A DNA stretch of 64,000 nucleotides from positions 5,910 through 69,909 of the forward strand of contig UQIW01000008.1 in the NCBI GenBank assembly GCA_900541235.1, written 5' to 3'. Of this stretch, positions 24,986-35,099 are shown piece after piece. The translations under genes and the position numbers were made by a program. Below the pieces are notes generated by a model. It had not been told where the DNA came from. It saw only the letters and a list, made by a program, of their open reading frames with translations, and made no database searches. Each line of letters opens with the position of its first letter. Within the stretch, counting starts at the first letter, position 1. This DNA is from an uncultured Collinsella sp. (lineage in GTDB: Bacteria; Actinomycetota; Coriobacteriia; Coriobacteriales; Coriobacteriaceae).

Positions 24986-27174
24986 TCGATGCGCCCGACC
25001 ACGCTGCTCAGGAGCGGGGCAATCGTTCGGCAGGGGCATGGCTCCTTGTCGCTCTGCTGGGGATAGCGCTCTCGGTTGTTGCCGGCATGATGAGCTACGG
25101 TTACACGACGGCCCAAGCCGAGCAGCGCTTTGCCGACGTTGTCGATTACGTGGCGACGCAGAGCCTTTCCTACGATGCATTCAACAGCGCCTATACGACC
25201 AAAAACCTGATTCGCGTTATGGAGATCGCCGGAGAGGCTGCCCGCGATATGGAGCGCGACGGTTCAGTGGATAACGCCATGCTGGAGCAATACGCCGACC
25301 AGTTCAACGTGAGCGCGCTGATCGTGACGGACGCATCGGGCAATTTGGTGTCCGAGTCCTCGACGGGCGATGTGGACTACGGGTCGCTCGCTACGTATCT
25401 CAAAGAATCACCCGTGCTGGAGGTGGCAACTCATCCGCTTAAGTCCTATACCGCCCGCATTACGCTTGCGGATGATTCGGTCGCAGACATTGGCTGCGTG
25501 ACTCGGCAGGATGGCGAGGGCATCGTTATCGCGGTAAGGCATCAGAGCGCGAAAGCGGTTGCAAGCAATACACTCAAACTGCAGAGCTTGCTTGATGGCT
25601 ATGAAACCATCGATAGCGGCAATATCGTGATCGAAAGCGACGGCAAGGTCGTTGCGACCAATGCCGTTGAACCCACCGTATTGGGCGTGTTCGATCTGCC
25701 TGCGACGGATGTCTTTATTGTCGACGGTATTAAGGATCGATGCCTGGCTGGTAAGGTCAGATTGGTTAACGCCGACGGCGAGTGGTATTTGGGCACATTT
25801 GGAAAAGCGCACAAATTCTATGTGTACACCTATGCCTCGGCGCAGCGCTACTTTGAGGTCGCCGCGGCTGTTGCCGCCGGCGTGCTGGTGCTCTACGGCG
25901 GTGTTATAGCCGTTGTTGTGACGGTGCGTCGCCGCGCTGATCGTCGACGTTTGACGGACTTGCTGCAGCAGGAGCGCGACTATGGCGACAAGCTGGCAAA
26001 GGCGGCGCGTGAGGCCTCGTCTGCCAACTCGGCAAAGACGGAGTTTCTGCGTCGCATGAGCCACGATCTGCGCACGCCCATCAACGGCATTCGCGGCATG
26101 GTCGAGGTTGGCGATGCCAATGCGGACGATCTGCAAAAGCAGACTGAGTGCCGCTCAAAAATCTGGACGGCATCGGGACTGCTGCTCGACCTTGCCAACG
26201 AGGCGCTCGATATGAGTCGCCTGGAGAGCGGGCAGGTCGACCTGAACCTCGTGCCCATAAATTTGGTGGCCCTCAACTGTGAAGTGCGCGATATTCTGGA
26301 GCGCCAGGCCGAGGAGCGTCTGGTGACAATTATCTCCGACCAGCAGACGCTTAATCATCCCTATGCGCGGGTGAGCGTGACGCACCTCAAGCGTTTGTTG
26401 CTCAATATTGCCGGCAATGCCGTCAAGTACAACCGCCAGGGCGGCTATGTCCGCCTGGTGTGCCGCGAGGTGGAGCCAGCGGATGGCGTCCCCGTCTATG
26501 AATACACGATCGCCGACAACGGTATTGGCATGAGCGAGGAGTTCCAAAAGCACCTCTACGAGCCGTTTTGCCGCGAGGAGCAGCAGGTGGAAGGCGCTTC
26601 GTCGGGAACTGGCCTGGGCGCGCCTATCGCAAAACAGCTGGTCGAGCTTATGGGCGGAACCATGAGCTTTACGAGTGTCTTGGGGCAGGGGACGACGTTT
26701 ACCATTCGCCTGCCGTTCGAGAAGTGCGACCGCTCCGAGATTCCTCAGGCAGTTCCCGCGGATGCGGGAGACGGCGATGCGCTCCAGGGCTTGCGCGTTT
26801 TGCTCGTAGAGGATAACGATCTGAATGCCGAGATCGCGCAGTTTACGCTCAGCCGTGCCGGTGCCATCGTGACGCATGCTAAGGATGGCGAGTCTGCCGT
26901 CGAGATGTTTGCCGCGAGCGCGCCGTACGAGTACGACGCGGTGTTGATGGACATCATGATGCCCGGTATCGATGGCCTTGAGGCCACGCGTCGGATTCGA
27001 GCACTCGATCGCGAGGATGCCGCGACCACGCCGATTGTTGCCGTGAGCGCCAACGCCTTTGCCGACGACCGCAGGCTTTCGCGTGAGGCGGGCATGAACG
27101 CGCACCTGATCAAACCTGTGAGCTCGCAAGAGCTCGTCGAGGCGCTAGCGCACATCGCCGCCGACGCTTCATAA
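24982..27174 (+). CDS. Hybrid sensor histidine kinase (TM-flanked periplasmic sensor domain, HisKA, HATPase_c and a C-terminal receiver)
   Basis: It has MSHDLRTPINGIRGM, a G-box (GTGLGAPIAKQLVELMGGT) and a receiver (LRVLLVEDNDLNAEI...DAVLMDIMMPGIDGLEAT). Confidence 0.85.
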   Translation: MIDAPDHAAQERGNRSAGAWLLVALLGIALSVVAGMMSYGYTTAQAEQRFADVVDYVATQSLSYDAFNSAYTTKNLIRVMEIAGEAARDMERDGSVDNAMLEQYADQFNVSALIVTDASGNLVSESSTGDVDYGSLATYLKESPVLEVATHPLKSYTARITLADDSVADIGCVTRQDGEGIVIAVRHQSAKAVASNTLKLQSLLDGYETIDSGNIVIESDGKVVATNAVEPTVLGVFDLPATDVFIVDGIKDRCLAGKVRLVNADGEWYLGTFGKAHKFYVYTYASAQRYFEVAAAVAAGVLVLYGGVIAVVVTVRRRADRRRLTDLLQQERDYGDKLAKAAREASSANSAKTEFLRRMSHDLRTPINGIRGMVEVGDANADDLQKQTECRSKIWTASGLLLDLANEALDMSRLESGQVDLNLVPINLVALNCEVRDILERQAEERLVTIISDQQTLNHPYARVSVTHLKRLLLNIAGNAVKYNRQGGYVRLVCREVEPADGVPVYEYTIADNGIGMSEEFQKHLYEPFCREEQQVEGASSGTGLGAPIAKQLVELMGGTMSFTSVLGQGTTFTIRLPFEKCDRSEIPQAVPADAGDGDALQGLRVLLVEDNDLNAEIAQFTLSRAGAIVTHAKDGESAVEMFAASAPYEYDAVLMDIMMPGIDGLEATRRIRALDREDAATTPIVAVSANAFADDRRLSREAGMNAHLIKPVSSQELVEALAHIAADAS

Positions 27175-27175
27175 G

Positions 27176-27222
27176 CATATGGCCCGGTTCCAAGGTGGGT
27201 TGGAACCGGGCCATATTATTAT
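27176..27222. terminator. Bidirectional intrinsic terminator
   Basis: It is a perfect 17-bp stem, CATATGGCCCGGTTCCAA-ggtggg-TTGGAACCGGGCCATAT, followed by TATTATT, between convergent genes. Confidence 0.55.
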
Positions 27223-27243
27223 TGATGAGGCCTGCTGAGGGGC

Positions 27244-27723
27244 TTACTTTTCTTGAATCTGCTTGCCGCAAAGATGCTCAATCGAAATCTCGTAGAGCTG
27301 GACGCCCTTGATGTCTTTGGCGATTTCCTCTTCGACTTCTTCGGCAGAAGGGTAGTACTTAAGGGCGAGCTGGCGGACTTTGTCCTCGATAAACGCGGGG
27401 GTGTCATTCGCCAGGCGACAACGGCCAAAGACGACGGTGCTCATAACGTAGGGAGCCCAGTCACCGTCCTGGTACCACTCGTTGCCGTATACGGTAAAGC
27501 AGACCTTGTCATCGCGCTTGAGTGCGTCGACCTTGTGGCCGGCTTTGGCGCCATGGAAATAGATCTTGTCGTGCTCGGCGTCAAAGAAGTAGTTGACGGG
27601 AATGGCGTACGGGTAGCCATCGTCGCCGTTGACGGCAAAGACGCCGCGCTTGCAGGTGGCGAGCAGTTTGCGCGCTTCCTCGTCGGTGATGGCGCGTTTC
27701 TTTCGACGTAAGGGTCTAAACAT
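27244..27723 (-). CDS. Pyridoxamine 5'-phosphate oxidase-family FMN-binding split-barrel protein (NimA-like)
   Basis: It has MFRPLRRKKRAITDEEARKLLATCKRGVFAVNGDDGYPYAIPVNYFF. An AAAGGAAG ribosome-binding site precedes the ATG at 27723. Confidence 0.75.
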   Translation of the reverse strand: MFRPLRRKKRAITDEEARKLLATCKRGVFAVNGDDGYPYAIPVNYFFDAEHDKIYFHGAKAGHKVDALKRDDKVCFTVYGNEWYQDGDWAPYVMSTVVFGRCRLANDTPAFIEDKVRQLALKYYPSAEEVEEEIAKDIKGVQLYEISIEHLCGKQIQEK

Positions 27724-27765
27724 CGTTGGCTTCCTTTCTGGTCGTGCGTAGTGGTCGAGCACAAA

Positions 27766-30603
27766 CTATAGCGAAACGGATCCGTTTTTCTTGATGCGGG
27801 CGAGTATGTTTTTGAGCTTGTTAAAGTCGAGCGGTTTGGATAGATGGGCGTTCATGCCGGAGTCGTGTGCCGCCTTGGCGTCCTCGGCAAAGGCATTGGC
27901 GGTGAGCGCGATGATGGGGATATCGGCTGCATCGACCTTCTCGCTCAGGCGAATCGCGCGGGTTGCCTCGTAACCGTCCATGTCCGGCATCATAATGTCC
28001 ATCAGGATCGCATCGAAGCTGCCGGCGGGATGCGATAGGTACAGATCGACGACTTCGTTGCCGTTGGCGGCGCGGGTGACCACGACGCCCTCGGATTCTA
28101 GCAGCGCCTGGGCAATCTCGGCATTCAATTCGTTGTCTTCGGCGAGCAGTACGTTCATGTCGGCGAGCGAGCAGTCGAGCGCCCCCTCGACCGTATTCGC
28201 CCGCGCTTGGGGGTTCTTGTCGATATCGAGCGGAATCTCCACGTAGAACGAGGTGCCCGCATGGAGCTCGCTGGTGACTTCGATGGTGCCGCCCATTAGT
28301 TCAATAAGCGACTTGACGATTGGCATGCCCATGCCGGTTCCTTGGAACTTGCTACGTGCATCGTTACCTTCTTGGGCAAACGGCTCATAGATATGCTTTA
28401 AAAACTTGGAAGTCATGCCAATGCCGGTATCCGAAACGCTAAAGCAAAAGAGCGCGCGCCCGTTATCGAGTGGCTTGGTCTTTGAGCTAAAGGTGACGGA
28501 GCCGCCGTGCTTGTTGTACTTAATGCTGTTGTCTAACAGGTTGATCATGATCTGTCGGATATGGGTGGGACTGCCGACCATGTATGGCCCCGTGGTGTAT
28601 GGCAGACTATTGTCCTGCATGGTGATGCCGTTATCGGATGCGCGGAGCTTGCACAGAACCAGCGTATCGTCACAGAGCTCTTTGAGGTTAAAAGGCGCAT
28701 GTTCCAGTGTTATCTTGCGGTCTTCGATTTTGCCCATCTCGAGGATGTCGTTAATCAGCGAGAGCAGGTGATTGGCGGCAACACGAGCCTTGGCGCGGCT
28801 TTCGCGGGCGACCTGGATATCGCCTTCCTTCAATTCCTCGATATCGATAAGGCCCAGGATGCCGTTGAGCGGCGTACGGATGTCGTGGCTCATGCGCGTG
28901 AGGAATGCCGTCTTAGCGGCGTTGGCGGCGTCGGCTTTTTCGCGCTCGGTTCGAGCGCGCACGAGCGCCCAGATGAGCAGGACGATGCTGACCGACAACA
29001 TACCGATGAGGGTGGAGGCAACGGCGGTGCGGTTGCGATAAAGGAATTGAAGCGTGTTGGATTCCTGGGCCGTGTACGACGTAGAGGAGTAATTGCTTGC
29101 GGAGAGCGATTCTCCGGCATTGATGATGCCCTTGTTGATGATTCCCAGCAGCTCGGGCTTTCCGCGCGAAATCCAGCACGAGAGCTCGCAGGTGTCAGGG
29201 AGCTCGACCGTCTCGCAGTCCTCGAGATCATAACGATCGCCGAGGGTTTTTACGCGTGAACTGGGAGCGACGACGCAGCGCGCCGTTCCCCTCCTGAGGG
29301 CGTCGAACGCTTCATCGTCGGATCGGTATTCGGTCACGGTCGCTGTGGGGAACAGACTTTCAAGTACGTTTCGGTTGATAAACGATGATTTGGTACAGGC
29401 GATGTTCTGAAGATCTTTGTTCAGGTTGCTTCCGCTGTGGATGGCGGTGAGGGATATGGTCCCCAACGATACCGACTGCACAACGCCTGATTGCTCGGCA
29501 AACCAGTAATCTCGGTATACCGGCAGCGCGACGTCTATGCTTCCCTTTGACAGGGCCTTTGACATCATCTTGTAGCTATCAAAGGCGACGGTTTCGACCG
29601 TAATGCCAAATTTATCGTGCAACGTCGTCGCAAGCGATGCGAGCGAGCCTTCCATTTTGCCGTCTTCGTCTTCGTTGCAGTAGGGGAGTTTGCCCGTAAT
29701 GTAGCCGAGCGTGATGGTGTTGTTGTTCGCCTTGAGCCAGGCGCGCTCATCGCCGGTGAGCGAGGATGATCCGCTGTTTTGCGCTGAATAGTTCGATTTG
29801 ACCTCGTCGTTATAGCGGGGGTTGACGCGGTTGATTGCCGCCATTGCGGAGTTGATGTTGTCCATCAGGTCGGGGCGGCTTTTGGGAACGGCAAAGTAGT
29901 AGTCGCTCGAACCGACGTAGAACATGGGCGACGCCTCGGGCGACGAAATGGTGTCGTTCATGATGATGGCGTCGACCTCGCCGTTTGCGAGCGCGTCAAA
30001 GAGAACGGAGCCTCCGTCATACTCCCTGTATGTGCAGGCGATTCCCTCGTTGGCGAGCCACTGCTGGCCGACGATGGTTTGCATAACACCGGAGTTGTAA
30101 CCGATGGTGAGACCCTGGAGTGCTTGAGGGTCACCCTTGGCCAGGTCGTCACGGTCGGGCCTGGCGTAGATGTAGTAGCGCTCGGTGCCCTCGGGGTTCG
30201 AGGAAAAGAGCAGCTTTTGGGCGCGTTCCTCGGAGTAGGAGATGTTGGGCATGAGGTCGATCTCGCCTGCCTCGAGCATGTCCATAAGCTCGGTGAAGGT
30301 GCCGGAGACGTATTCGTACCGCCAGCCGGGCGTGTAGTACGACAGGGTCTGGAGGTACTCGTAACCCCATCCCGAGAGACGCTCGCCGGGGGTGCCGTTC
30401 TGGAAGCCCTCGTTGTTGACGAGCCAGCCGACGCGGACCGTCTTGACTGGCTGACTAGAGTCATCGGCAAAAGCCTGGACAGGCGCGATGGAACACAGTG
30501 CGGCAAGCGCGGCAAGCACAATGGCCAGGGCGCGACATATAACTGAACGAAGGACAGTGGCAGCTCTCACATGCAATCCTAACGAATCGAGACAATACCG
30601 CAT
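27766..30603 (-). CDS. Hybrid sensor histidine kinase with two N-terminal periplasmic SBP_bac_3 domains (BvgS/EvgS-like architecture), 945 aa
   Basis: It has a signal peptide, two solute-binding repeats, a TM segment, an H-box (MSHDIRTPLNGILGL), HATPase_c and a C-terminal receiver (VLLAEDNELNAEI...DAILMDIMMPDMDGYEAT). Confidence 0.85.
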   Translation of the reverse strand: MRYCLDSLGLHVRAATVLRSVICRALAIVLAALAALCSIAPVQAFADDSSQPVKTVRVGWLVNNEGFQNGTPGERLSGWGYEYLQTLSYYTPGWRYEYVSGTFTELMDMLEAGEIDLMPNISYSEERAQKLLFSSNPEGTERYYIYARPDRDDLAKGDPQALQGLTIGYNSGVMQTIVGQQWLANEGIACTYREYDGGSVLFDALANGEVDAIIMNDTISSPEASPMFYVGSSDYYFAVPKSRPDLMDNINSAMAAINRVNPRYNDEVKSNYSAQNSGSSSLTGDERAWLKANNNTITLGYITGKLPYCNEDEDGKMEGSLASLATTLHDKFGITVETVAFDSYKMMSKALSKGSIDVALPVYRDYWFAEQSGVVQSVSLGTISLTAIHSGSNLNKDLQNIACTKSSFINRNVLESLFPTATVTEYRSDDEAFDALRRGTARCVVAPSSRVKTLGDRYDLEDCETVELPDTCELSCWISRGKPELLGIINKGIINAGESLSASNYSSTSYTAQESNTLQFLYRNRTAVASTLIGMLSVSIVLLIWALVRARTEREKADAANAAKTAFLTRMSHDIRTPLNGILGLIDIEELKEGDIQVARESRAKARVAANHLLSLINDILEMGKIEDRKITLEHAPFNLKELCDDTLVLCKLRASDNGITMQDNSLPYTTGPYMVGSPTHIRQIMINLLDNSIKYNKHGGSVTFSSKTKPLDNGRALFCFSVSDTGIGMTSKFLKHIYEPFAQEGNDARSKFQGTGMGMPIVKSLIELMGGTIEVTSELHAGTSFYVEIPLDIDKNPQARANTVEGALDCSLADMNVLLAEDNELNAEIAQALLESEGVVVTRAANGNEVVDLYLSHPAGSFDAILMDIMMPDMDGYEATRAIRLSEKVDAADIPIIALTANAFAEDAKAAHDSGMNAHLSKPLDFNKLKNILARIKKNGSVSL

Positions 30604-30664
30604 AAGGATACCAGCTCAGCCTGCCCAGTCGGCAGCTGTACCGCTAAACGCTCCCGCCCGGCAG

Positions 30665-30775
30665 TCATCGGGGACGTTCTTAAACGACTAGTCATTGGGG
30701 ACGTTCTTGTTTGACTGGTCATTTAAGAACGTCCCCAATGACTAGTTCCGTTTGCTGGGGAGGCGTGGGACAATA
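30665..30775. repeat. Family C MITE-like repeat, copy 3 (module A only), in the 5' region of the K+ channel gene
   Basis: GGGGACGTTCTTAAACGACTAGTCATT occurs twice, followed by TTAAGAACGTCCCCAATGACTAG and a GGGGAGGCGTGGGACAAT tail. Confidence 0.5.
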
Positions 30776-30814
30776 CCGAGCGAACGTGATTGGTTGTCCG
30801 TGGAAGGGGTCGCG

Positions 30815-31240
30815 ATGAAAAAGCTCAGGACGCTTGCCGATGTGCTGCGACAGGCTGGCTTTGCACGCATTACGGGCCTGTTTCTTATTTTCTATCTGCT
30901 TTGCTCGACGGCTGTCTGGCTGTCCGAGCCCACGACCCTCACGTTTGGCGATGGTCTCTGGTTTAGCTTTGAGACGGTCTCGACGATTGGCTTTGGCGAT
31001 ATCCCCGCTGAAACGCCGGTTGCCCGCGGCATTACCGTTATCCTAAGCGTCATCAGTATCTTCTATATCGCCATGCTTACGGGCGTGGCGGTGAACTACT
31101 GCAATACGCTTATCAAGCTGCGCCAAAAGGACACCATGGCGCGCTTTATGGACGATCTTGAGCATTTGGAAGAACTCGACCGCGATGAGCTCGCCGATCT
31201 GTCGCGCCGCGTGCGCGAATACCGTCGCCGGCAACGATAG
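30815..31240 (+). CDS. Two-TM potassium channel family protein
   Basis: It has the selectivity-filter-like motif TIGFGD between two TM helices and a charged C-terminal tail. GGAAGGGG precedes the ATG. Confidence 0.7.
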   Translation: MKKLRTLADVLRQAGFARITGLFLIFYLLCSTAVWLSEPTTLTFGDGLWFSFETVSTIGFGDIPAETPVARGITVILSVISIFYIAMLTGVAVNYCNTLIKLRQKDTMARFMDDLEHLEELDRDELADLSRRVREYRRRQR

Positions 31241-31276
31241 AACGGGTGCCGCGCGTCACGACGAGGGGGATTGCAT

Positions 31277-31810
31277 ATGAACATCACGGTGTACCTGGGC
31301 GCGAGCGTCGGCAACGACCCGGCGTTTCTGCCCGCGGTGCAGGAGCTGGGCAATTGGATTGGCGCCAACGGACACGCGCTCGTATACGGCGGGTCCAAAT
31401 CGGGACTGATGGGCGCGCTCGCCGATAGCGTACTCGAGGCAGGCGGACATGTGACGGGTGTGGAGCCGAGCTTTTTTATCGAGGCAGAGTTTCAACACGA
31501 CGGAATCGACGACCTTATCGTGACGAGCGACATGGCCGAGCGCAAAGCCAAGATGATCGAGCTCGGCGATGCGTTCATCGCATTTCCGGGCGGCACGGGC
31601 ACGCTCGAGGAGATTGCCGAGGTTATGTCCGCGGTGTCGTTGGGGCACCTGAGCTCTCCGTGCATCCTGTATAACCTGGACGGTTACTACAACGACCTCA
31701 AGGCGTTGCTCGGGCACATGATTGATAAGGGGCTTTCGAGCCCGAGGCGCCAGCACGGCATCTACTTTGCCGACGATTTGCGCGAGATTGCCTCGATTAT
31801 CAACGGATAA
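31277..31810 (+). CDS. LOG-family cytokinin riboside 5'-monophosphate phosphoribohydrolase (TIGR00730)
   Basis: It has a GGSKSGLMGAL region and the PGGTGTLEE motif. Confidence 0.8.
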   Translation: MNITVYLGASVGNDPAFLPAVQELGNWIGANGHALVYGGSKSGLMGALADSVLEAGGHVTGVEPSFFIEAEFQHDGIDDLIVTSDMAERKAKMIELGDAFIAFPGGTGTLEEIAEVMSAVSLGHLSSPCILYNLDGYYNDLKALLGHMIDKGLSSPRRQHGIYFADDLREIASIING

Positions 31811-31935
31811 GTCTTGAGCTTGCCCCACTATGGCTCCCAATGGTGCCGTTCGCGGCGCAGACGGTTGGCTCGTTCGGGCAACGCTCGCTCTACAATAAAA
31901 CGTATCTATGTCGACTTTGACCGCGGGAGGACCCG

Positions 31936-33249
31936 ATGGATAACCTTGCCAAACCCACGAACCGAGCGCTGTTTTTGGTCAGCGTCGCCGTGACCGGTGC
32001 ACTCGCGGGTGCCGCAGTCTGGCTGTTCTTTTTTGCGATGGAGCACGGTATCGACTATCTATGGACCGAGATTCCGCACGCGCTGGGCGTCGCTTCGCCC
32101 GAGCTTGCCAGCGGCCCGTTTGGCTTTCTGCCGTACCCGTTTTTTGTCTGCCTGCTGGGCGGCCTGTTAATCGGTCTGTACGAAAAGATGACAGGCACCA
32201 AGACCGATGACCTCAACCAGGTGATGGCTAAGGTTAAGCAAGACGGGCGCTACCCGTACGACAACCTGGGCAAGCTTTCGCTCGCGGCATTGCTGCCGCT
32301 GCTGTTTGGCGGAAGCATTGGACCGGAGGCCGGCCTGACCGGCGTTATCGCCGGTCTGTGCAGCTGGGTCGGCGACCGCATGCGTCGCTTTGGCGCCGAG
32401 TTTAGGGAGCTCACGTTGCTGGGCACCCAGGCTGCCCTGACGGCGCTCTTTACCGCGCCCGTCTTTGGCTTTGTGGCGCCGCTTGCCGGTAGCACCGACG
32501 GCCAGGGTGAAGACGCCGACGATGAGTCCGCGTCCGGCGAGATCACCATCAAGCTGCCCAAGACGCAAAAGACGGTGGTCTACGGTATTGCGATTGCCGG
32601 CGGTCTGGGCACCTACCTGCTGCTTGGACAGCTTGTGGGCGGCGGCATGGGCATGCCCAGGTTCGAGTCCGCCGAGGTGGGCAACCTAGAGCTTACCTGG
32701 CTCGTCCCTCTGTCGTTGATCGGCACCGTCTGCGGCTGGCTGTACTTTGTCTCTGAGCACGCGAGCGAAGCATTTGCCCATGCAATAGGGGAACGTCCTG
32801 TCGTCAAGGCCATGCTAGCCGGTCTGGCGCTCGCCATCTGTGGCACGGTCCTGCCCTACACCATGTTTGCCGGCGAGACCCAGGCCGGTGTGCTCATGGA
32901 AACCTACCTGACCATCCCCGCCGGCGTGCTGATCGCGACCGGTCTTGTTAAGGCCATGCTGACGCCCGCCCTCATCAACCTTGGTTGGCGTGGCGGCCAC
33001 TTCTTCCCGGTTATCTTCTCGGGTGTGAGCTTGGGCTACGGCCTTGCCATCCTCACCGGCGCCGATCCGGTCTTTTGCGTCGCCGTCTGCACAGCCTCGA
33101 CGATGGGCGCCGTCATGCGCCAACCCGTTATGGTCGTGGGCCTGTTGCTCATGTGCTTCCCGCTCAAAGGCATCGTCTGTATGATCATCGCCGCCGTCAT
33201 CGCCGCCGGTATCCCACTGCCCAAGCCGCTGCACAAATGGCGCGGTTAA
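31936..33249 (+). CDS. ClC-family chloride channel-like membrane protein
   Basis: It has 10 or more TM helices and GGSIGPEAGLTG and GGHFFPVIFSGVSLG motifs that resemble the ClC GxEGP/GxFxP motifs. Confidence 0.6.
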   Translation: MDNLAKPTNRALFLVSVAVTGALAGAAVWLFFFAMEHGIDYLWTEIPHALGVASPELASGPFGFLPYPFFVCLLGGLLIGLYEKMTGTKTDDLNQVMAKVKQDGRYPYDNLGKLSLAALLPLLFGGSIGPEAGLTGVIAGLCSWVGDRMRRFGAEFRELTLLGTQAALTALFTAPVFGFVAPLAGSTDGQGEDADDESASGEITIKLPKTQKTVVYGIAIAGGLGTYLLLGQLVGGGMGMPRFESAEVGNLELTWLVPLSLIGTVCGWLYFVSEHASEAFAHAIGERPVVKAMLAGLALAICGTVLPYTMFAGETQAGVLMETYLTIPAGVLIATGLVKAMLTPALINLGWRGGHFFPVIFSGVSLGYGLAILTGADPVFCVAVCTASTMGAVMRQPVMVVGLLLMCFPLKGIVCMIIAAVIAAGIPLPKPLHKWRG

Positions 33250-33277
33250 TCGCGAGTCAACTCCAGAGGGGTACGAG

Positions 33278-34069
33278 ATGATCCTGTACTTTAGCGCGAC
33301 GGGGAACAGCGAACATGTGGCGCGTCGCATTGCGGCGGCGACAGACGACAAGGTTGTGTCGATTGAGCGTTTTGATGCCGAAGCCCTTCGCCTTGTTGCG
33401 ACGGAAGGCCCCTGCCAGCTGGGATTTGTTGCTCCGGTGTATGCCTGGGGTCTGCCGACACCGATGATCGAGTTTTTGAAGACTGCCGACCTGTCGATTG
33501 CTGCCGGTGCAAAGGGCGGCGAGCGCCCCTATACGTTCTATGTTTCGACGTACGGTTCGACGACCGGCCAATCTGCCAAGTTTGCCCGCGACCTGCTGCA
33601 CGAGCGTGGGCTCGAGTTGGATGCGGCGATGAGCGTCAAGATGCCCGATACCTGGACGCCTGTTTTCGACCTGTCTGACCCTCAAAAGGTTGAGGGTATC
33701 AATAGAGCTGCCGAGGCGCAGATTGATGCCGTGATCGAGGCGGTGCGGGCACGCCGCACGGGTAACATGATGCGCCATCGCGTGCCTCTGTTTGCATCGT
33801 GCGCGTATCACGCAATTGGGCTGCCGCGCATGCAACAGACGAGCAAGTTTGCCGTCGATGCCGATCGCTGCATCGGCTGCGGCCTGTGTGCCAAGCGCTG
33901 CCCCATGGCGGCGATTGAGATGCGCGACGGCCTTCCCGTCTGGACAAAGCCGGAGTGCGCAGCCTGCCTTCGTTGCCTGCACCGTTGTCCCAAATTTGCC
34001 ATCTCGCACGGTAAGCGCACGGCATCCCACGGTCAGTACAGGCATCCCAAGCCAGGTGTGAGGATGTAG
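33278..34069 (+). CDS. EFR1-type flavodoxin-domain protein with a C-terminal 2x[4Fe-4S] ferredoxin
   Basis: It has an N-terminal flavodoxin-like region (MILYFSATGNSEHVARRIA) and C-terminal CIGCGLCAKRCP and CAACLRCLHRCP motifs. Confidence 0.7.
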   Translation: MILYFSATGNSEHVARRIAAATDDKVVSIERFDAEALRLVATEGPCQLGFVAPVYAWGLPTPMIEFLKTADLSIAAGAKGGERPYTFYVSTYGSTTGQSAKFARDLLHERGLELDAAMSVKMPDTWTPVFDLSDPQKVEGINRAAEAQIDAVIEAVRARRTGNMMRHRVPLFASCAYHAIGLPRMQQTSKFAVDADRCIGCGLCAKRCPMAAIEMRDGLPVWTKPECAACLRCLHRCPKFAISHGKRTASHGQYRHPKPGVRM

Positions 34070-34084
34070 CGGCTGCTGGCCGCG

Positions 34085-34960
34085 CTACTTCCAAACCGCG
34101 AGCGCCGCAGTGCCCAGTACGATGAGGGCGAGACCGATGGCGCTGCGCCGCGAGACCTTTTCGTTGAATGCCAAGCGCGCAAATAGTACCGATACGACAA
34201 TCGATAGTTTGTCGATCTGCACCACGACGCTCACCTGGCCTGCGGCGATGGCATAGTAATAGAGCAGCCACGATGCTCCGGTCGCGATGCCCGATGCCGC
34301 GAGAAATACGAGCTCGTAGCGGTCTACGTGCACGGCTTGGCCCATCTTGCCTTTAGCTGCCACGATTGCCCATGCCATAACCAGTACCACGCAGGTGCGG
34401 ATTGCCGTGGCCAGGTTTGACTCGACGCCTTCGATGCCGATCTTGGCGAGGACGGAGGTGAGTGCTGCGAACATGGCGGCGCCGAGGGCGTAAGCGAGCC
34501 AGGTCCGGTCTTGCTGCTGCTCGGGTCCGGCGGATTGCTGCTTCTCGGTCATTAAAAAAGTGCCGAGGGTAATGACGGCGGTTCCCACGAGCTTAACCGC
34601 AAGGTTGCTCGTCTCGCCAAAAAGCACGATGGCGATCAGCGCGGCGAGCACGGTGCTCATCTTGTCGACCGGTACGACCTTATTGACGTCTCCGATGCTC
34701 AACGCCTTAAAGTAACAGATCCACGAAGCGCCGGTAGCGAGTCCCGAGAGGACGAGAAAGAGCCAGGATCTGGGTTCGATGCTGCCAATGGTTCCAATGG
34801 ATCCAGAAATGCCCGCCATTGCCCAGGCGAAAACGAGCACCACGCAGGTGCGAATGGCCGTCGCGACATTGGAGTCGGTCTGCTTGATGCCGCATTTGGC
34901 CAAGATGGATGTGATGCCGGCAAAGAATGCTGACGCAAATGCTGCGACGACCCACGACAC
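34085..34960 (-). CDS. DMT-superfamily (EamA-like) transporter
   Basis: It has 10 TM segments in two EamA repeats. Confidence 0.8.
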   Translation of the reverse strand: MSWVVAAFASAFFAGITSILAKCGIKQTDSNVATAIRTCVVLVFAWAMAGISGSIGTIGSIEPRSWLFLVLSGLATGASWICYFKALSIGDVNKVVPVDKMSTVLAALIAIVLFGETSNLAVKLVGTAVITLGTFLMTEKQQSAGPEQQQDRTWLAYALGAAMFAALTSVLAKIGIEGVESNLATAIRTCVVLVMAWAIVAAKGKMGQAVHVDRYELVFLAASGIATGASWLLYYYAIAAGQVSVVVQIDKLSIVVSVLFARLAFNEKVSRRSAIGLALIVLGTAALAVWK

Positions 34961-35099
34961 GGGTGAAATGCCTCCCCAAAGAACAACCGCGCCAGATTTA
35001 CGGCGCTCGTCCGATGATACCGTCCCGCCATGAAGCTTTGATATCGCTGTGGTGAGACAGGGGCCATAGTTCGAGAGGGCATTTGGTTAAGGCTCGAAT

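Noticed and set aside
30665-30775. Possible CRISPR array because of repeated GGGGACGTTCT units
   Set aside because: There are only two direct copies plus an inverted copy, with 16-24 nt irregular spacing that together form a hairpin. There are no cas genes and no regular repeat-spacer periodicity. It is better explained as a MITE-like composite repeat.
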